Positions 40,022 to 49,983 of a DNA stretch of 64,000 nt are shown here, in pieces. A program made the translations under genes and the position numbers. The stretch is from Thermoplasmatota archaeon (GTDB lineage Archaea; Thermoplasmatota; E2; JACPAO01; JAHFTW01). The notes under the pieces are model-generated. The model was not told the origin of the DNA. It worked only from the letters and a program-made list of their open reading frames with translations, and did not search any database. Where the stretch lies: positions 192,001 to 256,000 of the forward strand of contig JBFIHX010000003.1 of the NCBI GenBank assembly GCA_041601615.1, read 5' to 3'. Each line of letters opens with the position of its first letter. The first letter of the stretch is position 1.

Positions 40022-40357
40022 TCAGAGGTCGAAGCAGCCGAGGCCCCACAACCACGCAGCAGAAATCGCAATTCCCACTAGGAACGCTGCCCAGAAGGGC
40101 ACCAGGAAGCGCGCCTTGCGGGTCTTGTGGCGGAACATGGAAAATGCGAGGGCCAGGCCGGGTCCGGCGCCAAGGGCTGCGAGCAAAAGGAGTGTTTTTT
40201 CGGGAATGCGGGCGGCGGGAGCGTGGCCGTCGCGGGCGCGTTTTCGAAGGTCGCCGCCTCGGATTTGGGCCACTTTTTTGTCGTAGCGCGCAATGAAGAA
40301 GGCGCCGCCGTTGAGCAGGAATTCGAAGGTGAGAAACACAATGCACGCGGTTTCCAC
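40022..40357 (-). CDS. DUF1294 membrane protein
   Basis: YDKKVA, RIPEKTLLLLA, FRHKTRKARF. Confidence 0.85.
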   Translation of the reverse strand: METACIVFLTFEFLLNGGAFFIARYDKKVAQIRGGDLRKRARDGHAPAARIPEKTLLLLAALGAGPGLALAFSMFRHKTRKARFLVPFWAAFLVGIAISAAWLWGLGCFDL

Positions 40358-40430
40358 GCGGAGGCCAAGGAGGTTCTGACTGTTCAGGTTCTGGGTTTGG
40401 AATTTGCCCTAGATCCATCGGTGGGGGGCG

Positions 40431-40468
40431 GAGAGGACGGAAGAGACGGAGAGGACGGAAGAGACGGA
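40431..40468. repeat. Short tandem repeat (GAGAGGACGGAAGAGACG x2)
   Basis: 18-bp unit repeated directly. Confidence 0.7.
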
Positions 40469-40516
40469 GGGAATGGAGAAGGGATGAGCATGGGCTCAGG
40501 GTCGAGGGTTCTGGGG

Positions 40517-41107
40517 CTACCACCAAGTGACCTTGATGGGGTCCATGGAACTCTGGAACGACACGGGCCCGGTGCCTTGTTCCATGGATGGCGCTCCCAG
40601 CCAGATGGAGTTCACACTGTGGCTCGGTTGGCGCCATGGGGTGGTGCGGTCCGGCCGCACTTGTCCGTCGGTGGTCTGGGATTCTCGGAATCGAGTCGAG
40701 GTCCATTCGTCGCAGACATCTCCGAGGTAGTCGCGATCTGCGTCGGCTTGGTTCGGGTTGAACACGAAGGGGCAGTTGTCGTATGCATCACTGACGCCGT
40801 CGCGGTCCGTGTCCCAGGATTGCACGTTTAGGCCTAGTCGAATTTCCACGTCGTCCCAGACTTTGTCGCCGTCCGAATCGAAGGAGGCGGGGTCGCTGCC
40901 ATGGATGTGTACTTCATCGCCGTCCAAGAGGCCATCTCCGTCGCTATCTCGATTGTGCGGGCTGGTGCCGTACACCACCAATTCGTCGATGTCGGCCAAT
41001 CCGTCCATGTCGAGGTCCACTGCCGAAGTTGGGCCGGCGGAAGAGGAGCTGGCGGCCAGGAGCAGGAACATGGCCATGATTGCTAGTGGGGTCGAGTTGG
41101 CGCTCAT
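40517..41107 (-). CDS. Secreted protein with thrombospondin type-3 (DxDxDG) Ca-binding repeats; 3' part possibly decayed
   Basis: DSDGDGLLDGDE, DTDRDGVSDAYDNCP, NPNQADADRDYLGDVCD. Confidence 0.75.
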   Translation of the reverse strand: MSANSTPLAIMAMFLLLAASSSSAGPTSAVDLDMDGLADIDELVVYGTSPHNRDSDGDGLLDGDEVHIHGSDPASFDSDGDKVWDDVEIRLGLNVQSWDTDRDGVSDAYDNCPFVFNPNQADADRDYLGDVCDEWTSTRFRESQTTDGQVRPDRTTPWRQPSHSVNSIWLGAPSMEQGTGPVSFQSSMDPIKVTWW

Positions 41108-41676
41108 TCGGATCCCTCCTCAATGCATACGCCGAATCCAACTCCGGGAACATCGACTCGTATGTTGTGCCGCGTGCCTCCGACGTACACAAAGCCACCA
41201 ATGCCCACTCCTGGAACTTCGGCTCCGACGTATTTGCACGGCGGGGGCGGCGGGGTTGAGGGCGACAAGGTCACGGTGAGGGAGCCACTTCGGGAGGGAG
41301 CGGAGTCCTGCCAATCGATTGTATACTGTCCGTAGCTTGTGTAGGAATATACGATCTCAATTTTGTGCGTGGATGATCCTGTGCGTGTCCAAGTAAAGGG
41401 TCGGCCATCGCTTAGGGAGCCGCTGCCGCTAGCATCGCCGGCATAGGATCCGCTGGAAATCCCGTCCGTCACGGCCCCGGAGGCGCCGTCGCCTGTGGTC
41501 CATTGAAACGTGCCGCCGCAGCAGAATCCCGTGGTGGTGAAGGTGACTGTCAGAGTCACTTCCAGATCTTCGGAGCTTGCGGTGACCGACATCGTATCCA
41601 GATGAGATGCCGAGGCCGGGGAGGCTACGGCGAGCATGGATAGTGCCAGAATGATGATTGTATTTGTTGTTTGCAT
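41104..41676 (-). CDS. Secreted PKD-like beta-sandwich protein
   Basis: Signal ASA-SH, WTTGDG, YSYTSYGQYTI, Pro-rich linker. Confidence 0.7.
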   Translation of the reverse strand: MQTTNTIIILALSMLAVASPASASHLDTMSVTASSEDLEVTLTVTFTTTGFCCGGTFQWTTGDGASGAVTDGISSGSYAGDASGSGSLSDGRPFTWTRTGSSTHKIEIVYSYTSYGQYTIDWQDSAPSRSGSLTVTLSPSTPPPPPCKYVGAEVPGVGIGGFVYVGGTRHNIRVDVPGVGFGVCIEEGSE

Positions 41677-42050
41677 AGGGCACACCTAGCGCCTCAGATC
41701 ATTTGAGACAGCTCGCCAATAGTCCCTGCAACTTAAGGATAGTCATGAAAAACGGCCGATATCAATTTATTATTTGTCACATTATTCTAGCATTGGTACA
41801 TGCAAAAAATCCCAATGGAGGCCATCATTCGCATTGAAACCCCCAAAAAATCGGATGCTCGTCATTCGAGTTCAATCGAGCACATATAACAGAAAAATAG
41901 TGGAAAACCTCCAGCATTGTCGGGCGCTCCCTCGGCTCGGGGCCGAGTCAGCTTCGACTTCACCGCAATCAAAAACAATTCCGCACACACCCAGGCCCAA
42001 GAAGTCCCTGCGCGCAACCCCTTAATCCCCCGCCCCGTCGGCGGTCCTTG

Positions 42051-42554
42051 ATGATGGAGCTGCGTATCGACGGTTGGCGCAAGGGAATCCGCTTCAGTTC
42101 GGCGCACATCACGCCCGAACACAAGAAATGCGGCCGATTGCACGGGCACACCTATGCCATCCACCTGCGCATGCGTGGCGACCAGGACGAATGGGGCATT
42201 GTACTGGACTTTGGCATCATCAGCGAGACGCTCAAGGAAATCTCGGACGACATTGACCACTTGGTCCTCGTGCCGACGGAGAGCAACCATTACTCGGACC
42301 TAGAAGTGGACGAAGAGGAGGTCCGATTCAAGGTCGTGGACCCCTACACGGGCATCCTCAAGCGATTCACCTTCCCGCGCCAAGATTGTGCGCTTCTTGC
42401 CATCCCCAGCACCACCGCTGAGGACTTGGCCAAGCACATCTACCGCGAATTCATGGCCCGAACGCAATTCACCACCGAGACTGCCTTCGTGGAGATCGGC
42501 GTGGATGAGGGCTACGGCAAGGGCGCTTGGTACTCCGAGGGCAAGAAGGAATAG
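42051..42554 (+). CDS. queD: 6-carboxytetrahydropterin synthase (QueD/PTPS)
   Basis: FSSAH, CGRLHGHTY, LDFG, DH, TTAEDLA. Confidence 0.88.
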   Translation: MMELRIDGWRKGIRFSSAHITPEHKKCGRLHGHTYAIHLRMRGDQDEWGIVLDFGIISETLKEISDDIDHLVLVPTESNHYSDLEVDEEEVRFKVVDPYTGILKRFTFPRQDCALLAIPSTTAEDLAKHIYREFMARTQFTTETAFVEIGVDEGYGKGAWYSEGKKE

Positions 42555-42604
42555 CTCGTTCCCCGCCGGAGATAACGTCGCCCAACAACAGGGAAAGAGG
42601 GAAG

Positions 42605-42676
42605 CGGGCGCGCAGGGACTCGAACCCCGGTCTGGGCCTCCGGAGGGCCCGGTGATATCCTCTACACCACGCGCCC
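42605..42676 (-). tRNA. tRNA-Arg (CCG)
   Basis: GGGCGCG acceptor stem, anticodon arm GGGCC-CTCCGGA-GGCCC, T-loop GTTCGAGTC; CCA not encoded. Confidence 0.96.
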
Positions 42677-42763
42677 ACGTGGATGCAGCGGCCGACTTGG
42701 GTGCTGCATTTGACGGTTGCCGTCCTGTGGCGGGTCTCAAGTTCCAGAAGGTGATGTCCCGAT

Positions 42764-43447
42764 ATGCACGACGCTAGGAGCCTGAGTCGCCGCTGGGCAC
42801 GGGCGTCCTTGCTGGCGCTTGCGCTTTGGTTTGCTCTGGCGATGACGATTGATGTGCGTGCTGGCGGCGCCGCGTGGGCCCATCGAACTGTGAGTGGGCT
42901 CGTTTTGGAGCAGCCCATCTTGGTGCCCGTGAGCATTTTTGTCAACGGGGTGTCTGTGTTGTGCCTTGCATGGGCGGTCCGGGCGAGGGCACCGGGCACG
43001 TTGGTGGGGCGATTGTTGTTGCTGGCTGCCGGTTTGACCATCTTGGCAGCTTTGGTGCCGACTGATCCAGTGCGCATCCACACCGCAACGGGGTGGGTGC
43101 ATGCGTTCGCGGCCGGTGGAACGTTCATAGTGCTGAATACCACGTTTTGGGTGGCCCACGCGACACGCGGCTCGGCGCCGGGCCCGTTGTTGGATGTTCC
43201 CCGCGCCTTGTTGTTGGGGCTTGCAATTTTTGCGGGCGTGCATCTTGTGCACCTGGGAATCGTCCTGGTGGCAAGTCAGTTTGACAGCAACGCCTGGACG
43301 GCGTTGCTTGGGGTCTGGGAGCGGCTGGTGATTCTTGGAAACATGTCCTGGGTGGCCGTCGTCGCCGCCTACGCTCAAAACAAAACCCATGAGCCGACGC
43401 AGCGACCGGGGGTAGTTTCGGCGAGCCGTGGGCCTCCCGAAGATTGA
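42764..43447 (+). CDS. DUF998-like membrane protein
   Basis: TVSGL, LVPTDP, VHAFAA, GVWERL in TM helices. Confidence 0.7.
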   Translation: MHDARSLSRRWARASLLALALWFALAMTIDVRAGGAAWAHRTVSGLVLEQPILVPVSIFVNGVSVLCLAWAVRARAPGTLVGRLLLLAAGLTILAALVPTDPVRIHTATGWVHAFAAGGTFIVLNTTFWVAHATRGSAPGPLLDVPRALLLGLAIFAGVHLVHLGIVLVASQFDSNAWTALLGVWERLVILGNMSWVAVVAAYAQNKTHEPTQRPGVVSASRGPPED

Positions 43448-45089
43448 AGCCGGGGCCCCAACTGGCCCGCCCGTCATGGTCCACTGGTCCGACGTCGAGG
43501 CGCAGAAGCTCATCGAAGCACGCGGCACCCAGAAGCTGTTGTTTGCCACCGCAATCACGCCGTCGGGGCCGATTCATGTGGGCAACATGCGCGAAGTCTT
43601 GACAACGGAGGCAATCTTCCGAGGCGCCCGCGACGCCGGGGCCGAAGTGGAGCTGTTGTACATCGCAGACGATTACGATCCGCTACGCAAGGTGTACCCA
43701 TTCTTGCACAAGGACTACCAAGTGCACGTGGGCAAGCCGCTTCGAGAGATTCCCTGCCCCGATGCGGAAGGCAAGCCGAACGGCTGCGGCGCCCACGACA
43801 GCTACGCGGCACACTATCTTGAGCCGTTTTTGGCCAATCTTGCCGAGCTAGGCATCGAACCCACGGTGCGCTCGGCACACGCCATGTACCACGAGGGGCG
43901 CTTCGTGGAGCACACCCTCAAAAGCCTAGACGAAGCCGACAAAATCCGCTCCATCATAGAGAAGGTCTCCGGTCGTCAATTGTCCAAAAAATGGGCGCCC
44001 GTGAATCCGCAGTGTCCCACGTGCCGCCGTATTTCGGGCGTAGATGTACTCGGATACGTCAAGCCGGTGCTGTCCTGCCGCTGTGCAGCGTGCGCCGAGG
44101 GTTCAGACGACCCGGATGCGGGGGTCTTTGAGGTGCGGGCGGACGAGGCAGGCATCGGAAAATTGCCCTGGCGCATCGACTGGCCGGCTCGCTGGGACTT
44201 CCTGGGCGTTTCCTTCGAGGCGTTTGGCAAGGACCATGGCGCCAAAGGTGGCTCCTGGGACACTGGGGTCCGCATCATCCGGGACGTCTTCGAAGGCCGC
44301 GAACCGGAGCACGTCATGTACGAATTCTTGAACCTCAAGGGCCAGGGCGCGATGCACAGCAGCACCGGCCTTGCGGTGTCCGCTTCTGACATCTTGCAAA
44401 TGACGCCCCCGGAAGTGCTTCGATACTTGCTCATGAAGCAGTCGCCGCGCAAGCACATCGACTTCGACTCCGGCGACGGCGTCGTGCGCCTCGTGGACGA
44501 ATTCGACCGCTTGGAGCGGATTGCCCTCGGCGCCGAGGAGAACCCGGGCACCTTTACGGACGTAGAGCGCACCTACCAACTGTCTTGCCCGCGCGATGTG
44601 CCTACCACCCTGCCCAACAAGGTCCAATACAGCCACCTTGTCACCGTGGCCCAAATGGCCGACACCGTGGAGGGCGTCGAAGACATTCTTCGCCGCACCG
44701 CAACCCTCACGGGAGAACTGGACGCCCACAGCCGAGCAGAATTGCAAGAACGCGTGCACCACGTCCGCTTTTGGCTGCAACGATTTGCCCCAGAGGGTGC
44801 CCGATTCCAAGTCCAACTTGAGGACCTTCCCGAATTTGATCGCACGGCCGAAGACAAGGCCTTCTACGCGGAAGCCGCGAATCGATTCGCGGGCCTCGAA
44901 TGGACAGGCCAAAACGTCCACGACGCCGTCTATGCCGCCCGAGAAGCCGCAGGACTCTCTGCCGGCCAAGCGTTCAAAGCCGTGTATCGCGCCGTGCTGG
45001 GACAAGACCGCGGCCCCCGCGCCGGGTTTTTCCTGAGCAGCCTCGATCAAAACTGGGTCATCCAGCGGTTCACCGCAGCTGCCCAATGA
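43428..45089 (+). CDS. lysS: Class I lysyl-tRNA synthetase
   Basis: TPSGPIHVGN, KLPWRIDWPARW, FGKDH, MHSSTG, zinc CxxC motifs, GPRAG. Confidence 0.96.
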   Translation: MGLPKIEAGAPTGPPVMVHWSDVEAQKLIEARGTQKLLFATAITPSGPIHVGNMREVLTTEAIFRGARDAGAEVELLYIADDYDPLRKVYPFLHKDYQVHVGKPLREIPCPDAEGKPNGCGAHDSYAAHYLEPFLANLAELGIEPTVRSAHAMYHEGRFVEHTLKSLDEADKIRSIIEKVSGRQLSKKWAPVNPQCPTCRRISGVDVLGYVKPVLSCRCAACAEGSDDPDAGVFEVRADEAGIGKLPWRIDWPARWDFLGVSFEAFGKDHGAKGGSWDTGVRIIRDVFEGREPEHVMYEFLNLKGQGAMHSSTGLAVSASDILQMTPPEVLRYLLMKQSPRKHIDFDSGDGVVRLVDEFDRLERIALGAEENPGTFTDVERTYQLSCPRDVPTTLPNKVQYSHLVTVAQMADTVEGVEDILRRTATLTGELDAHSRAELQERVHHVRFWLQRFAPEGARFQVQLEDLPEFDRTAEDKAFYAEAANRFAGLEWTGQNVHDAVYAAREAAGLSAGQAFKAVYRAVLGQDRGPRAGFFLSSLDQNWVIQRFTAAAQ

Positions 45090-45157
45090 ATCTCAATTTG
45101 CCGAGTTGAAACTTCACTTGCTGTAGTTTTATCCCGCGCGCCGACTCGCCGCCCTCC

Positions 45158-46075
45158 ATGCGATCCGCCGTGTACTGGATCCTCGCCACGGTCCTCGTCG
45201 GCGGCGCCGCTGCCGACTTTGCGGGCGTCGAAGGCTTCAGTGGACGAATCGCCGATTGCTCCTCTTGCCACGTTCCCAGCGACTTGGCCGAAGCCGCCAC
45301 GGTCACCGTTTCCGGGCTGCCCGAAGCATGGACACTAGGCGCCTCGTACAACCTGACCATCACCGTCTCCGGCGGGCCACCCGCACTTCCAGCGCCCCAA
45401 CCCCAAGGTGGATTCGAATTGGAAGTCAGCGCCGGACAACTCAGCATTCCCGCCACCATGGACGGACTCCTACGGCAGGCCTCGCCCAGCGTCATGACCT
45501 ACACTCCCGCCGGCACCCAAATGCGCACATGGGACGCAACATGGACCGCGCCCGGCCTCGAAGTTCGCCCTGACGTAGTGGGCGTATGGGTCGCGGCAGT
45601 CTCCGCCAACGGCAACCACATCGTCGCCACCAACGCCAGCGACCTTGGCGAACTTGGAGATCAAGTAGCAACATGGCACGGCACCATCGCGCCCCACCCA
45701 AGCGCCGAAGCTGCGTGGATGGCCTTGCCGCTGAAGGCCCCCACTGTTTCCGGCACCGGCACCGAACTCACAGGCACCCACCTCGACCGCAACGCAACAC
45801 ACCTTGCCTGGCGCTTCGACAACGGTGCATGGCAGCAACGAGCCACCGGCACCATCTGGCGCCTCACGCTCGACGCGGCTCCCACCGGTATCCTCGAAAT
45901 ACGCTCCGAAGGCACCAGCCGCACAAGCCCATCCTTGCGCATCGTATTCGACGACTCCGCCGAAGCCACCGTGCTGGCACCCGGAGAAGCAGCGCCCGAC
46001 CGCAACGCGCCGGCACCTTTCCTCGTCCTACCGGCCCTCGCCGCCGCCCTTGTTCTTACTCGGAGATTTTCATGA
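45158..46075 (+). CDS. Exported Reeler-like protein with CxxCH and sorting-type tail
   Basis: CSSCH, GASYNLTI, GGFEL, WTAP, ANGN; C-terminal APAP, TM helix, RR. Confidence 0.75.
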   Translation: MRSAVYWILATVLVGGAAADFAGVEGFSGRIADCSSCHVPSDLAEAATVTVSGLPEAWTLGASYNLTITVSGGPPALPAPQPQGGFELEVSAGQLSIPATMDGLLRQASPSVMTYTPAGTQMRTWDATWTAPGLEVRPDVVGVWVAAVSANGNHIVATNASDLGELGDQVATWHGTIAPHPSAEAAWMALPLKAPTVSGTGTELTGTHLDRNATHLAWRFDNGAWQQRATGTIWRLTLDAAPTGILEIRSEGTSRTSPSLRIVFDDSAEATVLAPGEAAPDRNAPAPFLVLPALAAALVLTRRFS

Positions 46076-46872
46076 ACGCACCCGCCGTATCAGCCGCACC
46101 CGCCGTCCCCGCAGCCCCCGCCACGATGCTCGTCGTCCTCCTCATCGCCCTAGCCGGGTGTGCAGAATCGGCCTCACCCAACAACGACACGGCAAACCCC
46201 TCCGGCGTCGATTCCAACACCCCCAACGACACCGCAACCAACGCGACGGACGTCGTTCAGGTGATTGTCACCTACGACCGCGTTGTCGTCCAAGGCCCTA
46301 GCGTCACCCTCACCGGCCGCGTCGACCGCCCCGCAACCGTCAGCGTGCTCTACGGCCAGGACCTTGGCGACAGCTTCGACGCCGACGGGCCCTGGAACTA
46401 CACCTACGCGCCGCCCTACGGCCATGACACCGTCACAGTCACCGCCGACGACGGCAAAACCACCGGATCTACAACCGTGCTCGTCGTTCGAAACAAGCAA
46501 CTGACGGTGGAAGTGGACTACGACCCAGCATCTGGCCGCACCGACACCACGCACACGTTTTGGTGGGACTTTGGCGGCCTGCGCAGCCTGTACGAAGACG
46601 GAAGCTACCACGGCTGCGCTCAACCGCACCCCGGCCGACCCAACGCCCACGACGCGCTCCTGGACTTCGAGGACGCAAGCGGCATCGACATCGGATTCAC
46701 GCCCTGCGGCCAATTCGGAGTCAACACCGAAACCATCGACGGTTACGCAAGTCCCGGTGCCTGGTGCTTCCAAGTCAACGGCGAAACCGCAGAATTCGGC
46801 GTGAGTCTTCTGGAACTCGAAGATGGCGATGTGTTCCGGTTCGTGGACTGCGTCGTGGCGTTTCCAGCCTAA
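46072..46872 (+). CDS. Lipoprotein with Ig-like and DUF4430-like domains
   Basis: ALAGC lipobox; FGVNTETIDG...WCFQVNGE...GVS...LEDGD. Confidence 0.75.
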   Translation: MNAPAVSAAPAVPAAPATMLVVLLIALAGCAESASPNNDTANPSGVDSNTPNDTATNATDVVQVIVTYDRVVVQGPSVTLTGRVDRPATVSVLYGQDLGDSFDADGPWNYTYAPPYGHDTVTVTADDGKTTGSTTVLVVRNKQLTVEVDYDPASGRTDTTHTFWWDFGGLRSLYEDGSYHGCAQPHPGRPNAHDALLDFEDASGIDIGFTPCGQFGVNTETIDGYASPGAWCFQVNGETAEFGVSLLELEDGDVFRFVDCVVAFPA

Positions 46873-47798
46873 CCCAGCAAATCCACGAGGTCCGCCGTCT
46901 TGGAGGCAAAAGTTTCCAAGTTCTCCTCGGCGGTCTTCTTCTTGCGCTCCTGAGCCTCGGTCCTGAACCGCACACCGCCCTCGGCCAAGATGTTGCCATC
47001 CACCGTCGCAGAGGTGTACATCTCCACCGACTTGGCCTTCAAATCGCCAAGTACCTGGCAGCCCTCGCCAACGATGACATGGCCTTCGCTGACAAGGTCG
47101 CCTTCGACTTCCGAGTCCGGCATCAACGTCACGTCGCCATCGGCGCGCAGCGCACCATGGATGCGCGTTCCAATGCCCAATTCCACATCGCCGTGGACCG
47201 TAAGATTGCCAAGAATGCGGCTCTCGTCGCCCGCCTCCAAGCCACCTTTGACCACCATGCGCTGCAAGTCGATTTCGGAGCCATCAGGGACGAACAAGAA
47301 CACTTCGCCGACAGCAATCTCGTCCGCCTCCTCCTGGTCCTCCAGTTCCTTGAGGATGCGCTCCACTTCCTCCGATTGCCCCATGCGAAGCAACTCCAAA
47401 AGATAGATGAAAATGTAAATCAGAATCGGCACCGGACTGCGCTTGTTGACCCAGCCCTTCGCCTTGAGCTGGCCCGTGATGCGCACATCGTCGCCCACGT
47501 CCAAGTCGCCCTCCAAGGCAAGGTCGCCTTGCACAAAGCAACGCTCGCCGAGGTACGCATTGGCGCCGCACGAAATGTCGCCCAAAACATGCACGGATTG
47601 ATCCAGGCGCAAGTCGCCCACGCACTCCACGGCACCGCCAAGCTTCGTGCCTTGGCCCACAAAGACGCGACCATCGGTTTTGAGGCCGAAGCCACACTGG
47701 ACGTGGTTGCCCAAAATGAGATCCCCAGTTGTGACGATCGTATGTTCCTCGAACGTCGTCTTCGGGGGAAGGACCAGCGTCCGCTTGTCAAACCCCAT
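46869..47798 (-). CDS. Bactofilin / polymer-forming cytoskeletal family beta-helix protein
   Basis: Repeated V.GD(L/V) beta-helix units in two blocks separated by a hydrophobic helix (PILIYIFIYLLELL). Confidence 0.8.
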   Translation of the reverse strand: MGFDKRTLVLPPKTTFEEHTIVTTGDLILGNHVQCGFGLKTDGRVFVGQGTKLGGAVECVGDLRLDQSVHVLGDISCGANAYLGERCFVQGDLALEGDLDVGDDVRITGQLKAKGWVNKRSPVPILIYIFIYLLELLRMGQSEEVERILKELEDQEEADEIAVGEVFLFVPDGSEIDLQRMVVKGGLEAGDESRILGNLTVHGDVELGIGTRIHGALRADGDVTLMPDSEVEGDLVSEGHVIVGEGCQVLGDLKAKSVEMYTSATVDGNILAEGGVRFRTEAQERKKKTAEENLETFASKTADLVDLLG

Positions 47799-47900
47799 GC
47801 ACGTGCATCCCGGGCAGGCCATGGCGGGGCGCGTTTATGGAGATTGCCGGTGCAAAACATGCGCCAGAACGCTTATCGACCCGGACGATAGCCTCTCCTC

Positions 47901-48584
47901 GTGGACTGGTCGTGGCTGCGCCGAGCCGTCTCGTGGACTCTTGTGCTGGGTGGGGTGCTCGTCCAGGGCTGGCTCTTGGTGCGGTTTTCGAGCGCCGGCA
48001 TGACCGCCTTCATCTTGGATGCGGGACAGTATCGGGGGCGCTGGTGGCACCAGAATGAGCCCTTGTTTGCAATCGCTGGCTTCGTCGTGTTGGTGCTTGC
48101 CACCTTTTTGCTTGCACTTGCTTGGACGCGGGCGCTTCGAACCCCACCGGTTCGGCCCGAGTCCGCCAAAGTTGCCGATGGGGAGGACGGAGACGAAGCG
48201 GCGGCGAGCATCGATCTTCCGGCGTTCCTGCGTCCAAAAACCCGCCGCGTGCGTCGAGGTGCTGGAACCCTGACGGGGCTTACGCTGCTTTCGGTGCTCG
48301 TGCTGGCGCTTGGCGTCGGCCTTGGGGTCTTCGAGGCGTTCCAGATGTACACCGTGCTCCAAAACAACCAGGGCAATGCCGCCGCCTTGCAACGCAACAG
48401 CACCGTCTGGATTCTGCGCCTCATGCACTGGATCGCCCCTGCCGTCGCGAGCCTCGGCGCCGTATTGCTTGGATTTACTTGGGGACGATTCTGGCCCCTG
48501 CAGCCGGCGGAAGTGGTCGTCATCGGTGAAGCCAAACAGCCAGCCACGGCCCGCTCCGGCGCCGAGTGGCAGACCTTCGACTAG
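47901..48584 (+). CDS. Four-TM membrane protein
   Basis: Four hydrophobic segments. Confidence 0.65.
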   Translation: MDWSWLRRAVSWTLVLGGVLVQGWLLVRFSSAGMTAFILDAGQYRGRWWHQNEPLFAIAGFVVLVLATFLLALAWTRALRTPPVRPESAKVADGEDGDEAAASIDLPAFLRPKTRRVRRGAGTLTGLTLLSVLVLALGVGLGVFEAFQMYTVLQNNQGNAAALQRNSTVWILRLMHWIAPAVASLGAVLLGFTWGRFWPLQPAEVVVIGEAKQPATARSGAEWQTFD

Positions 48585-49447
48585 TTTCGAGTTTGGCGTT
48601 GGCGTTCGATGGCGCGCCCCCAGCCCACGTCGAGGCCGGAGCACCAGGCACGAACACCCTCGACCAAGACGCGCTCCTCGTGCTTGCGGCCTTCGGCAAC
48701 CACCGCTGCCAGCGGAGTCAAGGGGTCCACTGGGAATGCCGCTTGCGCCACGATGGGGCCTTGGTCCAAATCTACGGTGACAAGGTGCGCTGTGACACCC
48801 GCCACGCGAACACCTCGCTCCAATGCCTGCCGGTATGGCACCGCGCCGGGGAAGCTTGGCAACAGACTCGGATGGATGTTGAGAATGCGATGCGGCCAGC
48901 GCCACACGAAGTTCGGGCCAAGAATGCGCATGTAGCGCGCCAGCACCACGAGTTCCACGTTCGCCTCGCGCAGCCGCTCCAGCATGCGCGCTTCGTGGGC
49001 AGGCTTGTCGGCGTCGGGGACGTGCTCGAACGGGACGCCAAATTCGGCAGCAAGTGCTGCGAGGGTCGATTTGTTGCCGAGCATCACCACGACCTCTGCG
49101 TCCAGGGCGCCATCGCGGCACGCTTCCAGGACGGCACGAGGTGCGTGTTCTTCTTTGGTCACGAGCAGTCCGATGCGCGTGGGGCCCGATTCGGCGCCGT
49201 TGGCCAATCGAAACTCCACATCCATGCCCAGCTCCGCTCCGATTTGCTCCAGGCCGTCCTGCATGGCACCTTGGCTATGGCTGTCGGCGGGCCAACGGAC
49301 CTCCAAGTGCATCGTGAAGAGTCCGTGCGTGACGTGCTGATCCAGTTCCTCGATGTTGCCGCCGCACTCGAACAAAAATGAACAGATGCGGGCGATGACG
49401 CCGGACTTGTCTTGGCCAATCACCGTGACGTGGGCGCGGTGTGTCAC
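48581..49447 (-). CDS. purU: Formyltetrahydrofolate deformylase
   Basis: ACT domain GQDKSGVIA, VLARYMRIL, NIHPSLLPSFPGA, GVTAH, DLDQGPI. Confidence 0.9.
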   Translation of the reverse strand: MTHRAHVTVIGQDKSGVIARICSFLFECGGNIEELDQHVTHGLFTMHLEVRWPADSHSQGAMQDGLEQIGAELGMDVEFRLANGAESGPTRIGLLVTKEEHAPRAVLEACRDGALDAEVVVMLGNKSTLAALAAEFGVPFEHVPDADKPAHEARMLERLREANVELVVLARYMRILGPNFVWRWPHRILNIHPSLLPSFPGAVPYRQALERGVRVAGVTAHLVTVDLDQGPIVAQAAFPVDPLTPLAAVVAEGRKHEERVLVEGVRAWCSGLDVGWGRAIERQRQTRN

Positions 49448-49526
49448 AAACAGGCCATGGTGTCGGCGGCTTTCAAAGGGGCGGCTTGCAGGGGGACTCG
49501 CCGAAACACGAGGCCAACGTGCAATC

Positions 49527-49979
49527 CTAGCTCTTTGTGCGCAGTGCTCCACGGAACCGGAACCGTGGGCTTCGGCAGCCTAGCAGCACCAGCAACGCCT
49601 CCGCTTCCTCCAGCAACTGGCCAAATGCGGGTGGCGGGGAGCGCACTTCGTCCTCGTCCGTCCAGCGACCTTGAACTGCGACTTCGAGGCGAACTTCGGG
49701 AAGTCGAGCCTGGGCGGCGGGTCCGCTTTCTTGTCCAGGCTTCAGCCACACACGAGCTTGGGTCGGGCCGTCGCCAAGATCCTGGACGGTGCGCACGAAT
49801 ACGACGGCGCCGTGGTCGATGTGTTCGAAGCTCCAACGGGGCAAGCGCACTTCTCGAAGCACCGCAGTTGCCCAAGTGGGGCCTCCGGGGTCGAGACTGA
49901 ATCGAGCTTCGTAGCCAAAGCGAAGCCACGAGCGACGAGCGGGGCGGGGGGCACGGCCAACAGCCCGGCGCGTCGCCAT
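49527..49979 (-). CDS. Hypothetical protein
   Basis: ATG directly after the helicase stop; fills the gap to purU. Confidence 0.5.
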   Translation of the reverse strand: MATRRAVGRAPRPARRSWLRFGYEARFSLDPGGPTWATAVLREVRLPRWSFEHIDHGAVVFVRTVQDLGDGPTQARVWLKPGQESGPAAQARLPEVRLEVAVQGRWTDEDEVRSPPPAFGQLLEEAEALLVLLGCRSPRFRFRGALRTKS

Positions 49980-49983
49980 GGTC

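Noticed and set aside
42605-42676. tRNA as an integration site
   Set aside because: No duplicated tRNA 3' end or integrase seen, and the flanking genes are housekeeping.
47799-47822. CPGCTC metal motif at the ORF-track start of the bactofilin-like gene
   Set aside because: A downstream ATG at 47798 is the more plausible start, so the motif is probably not translated.
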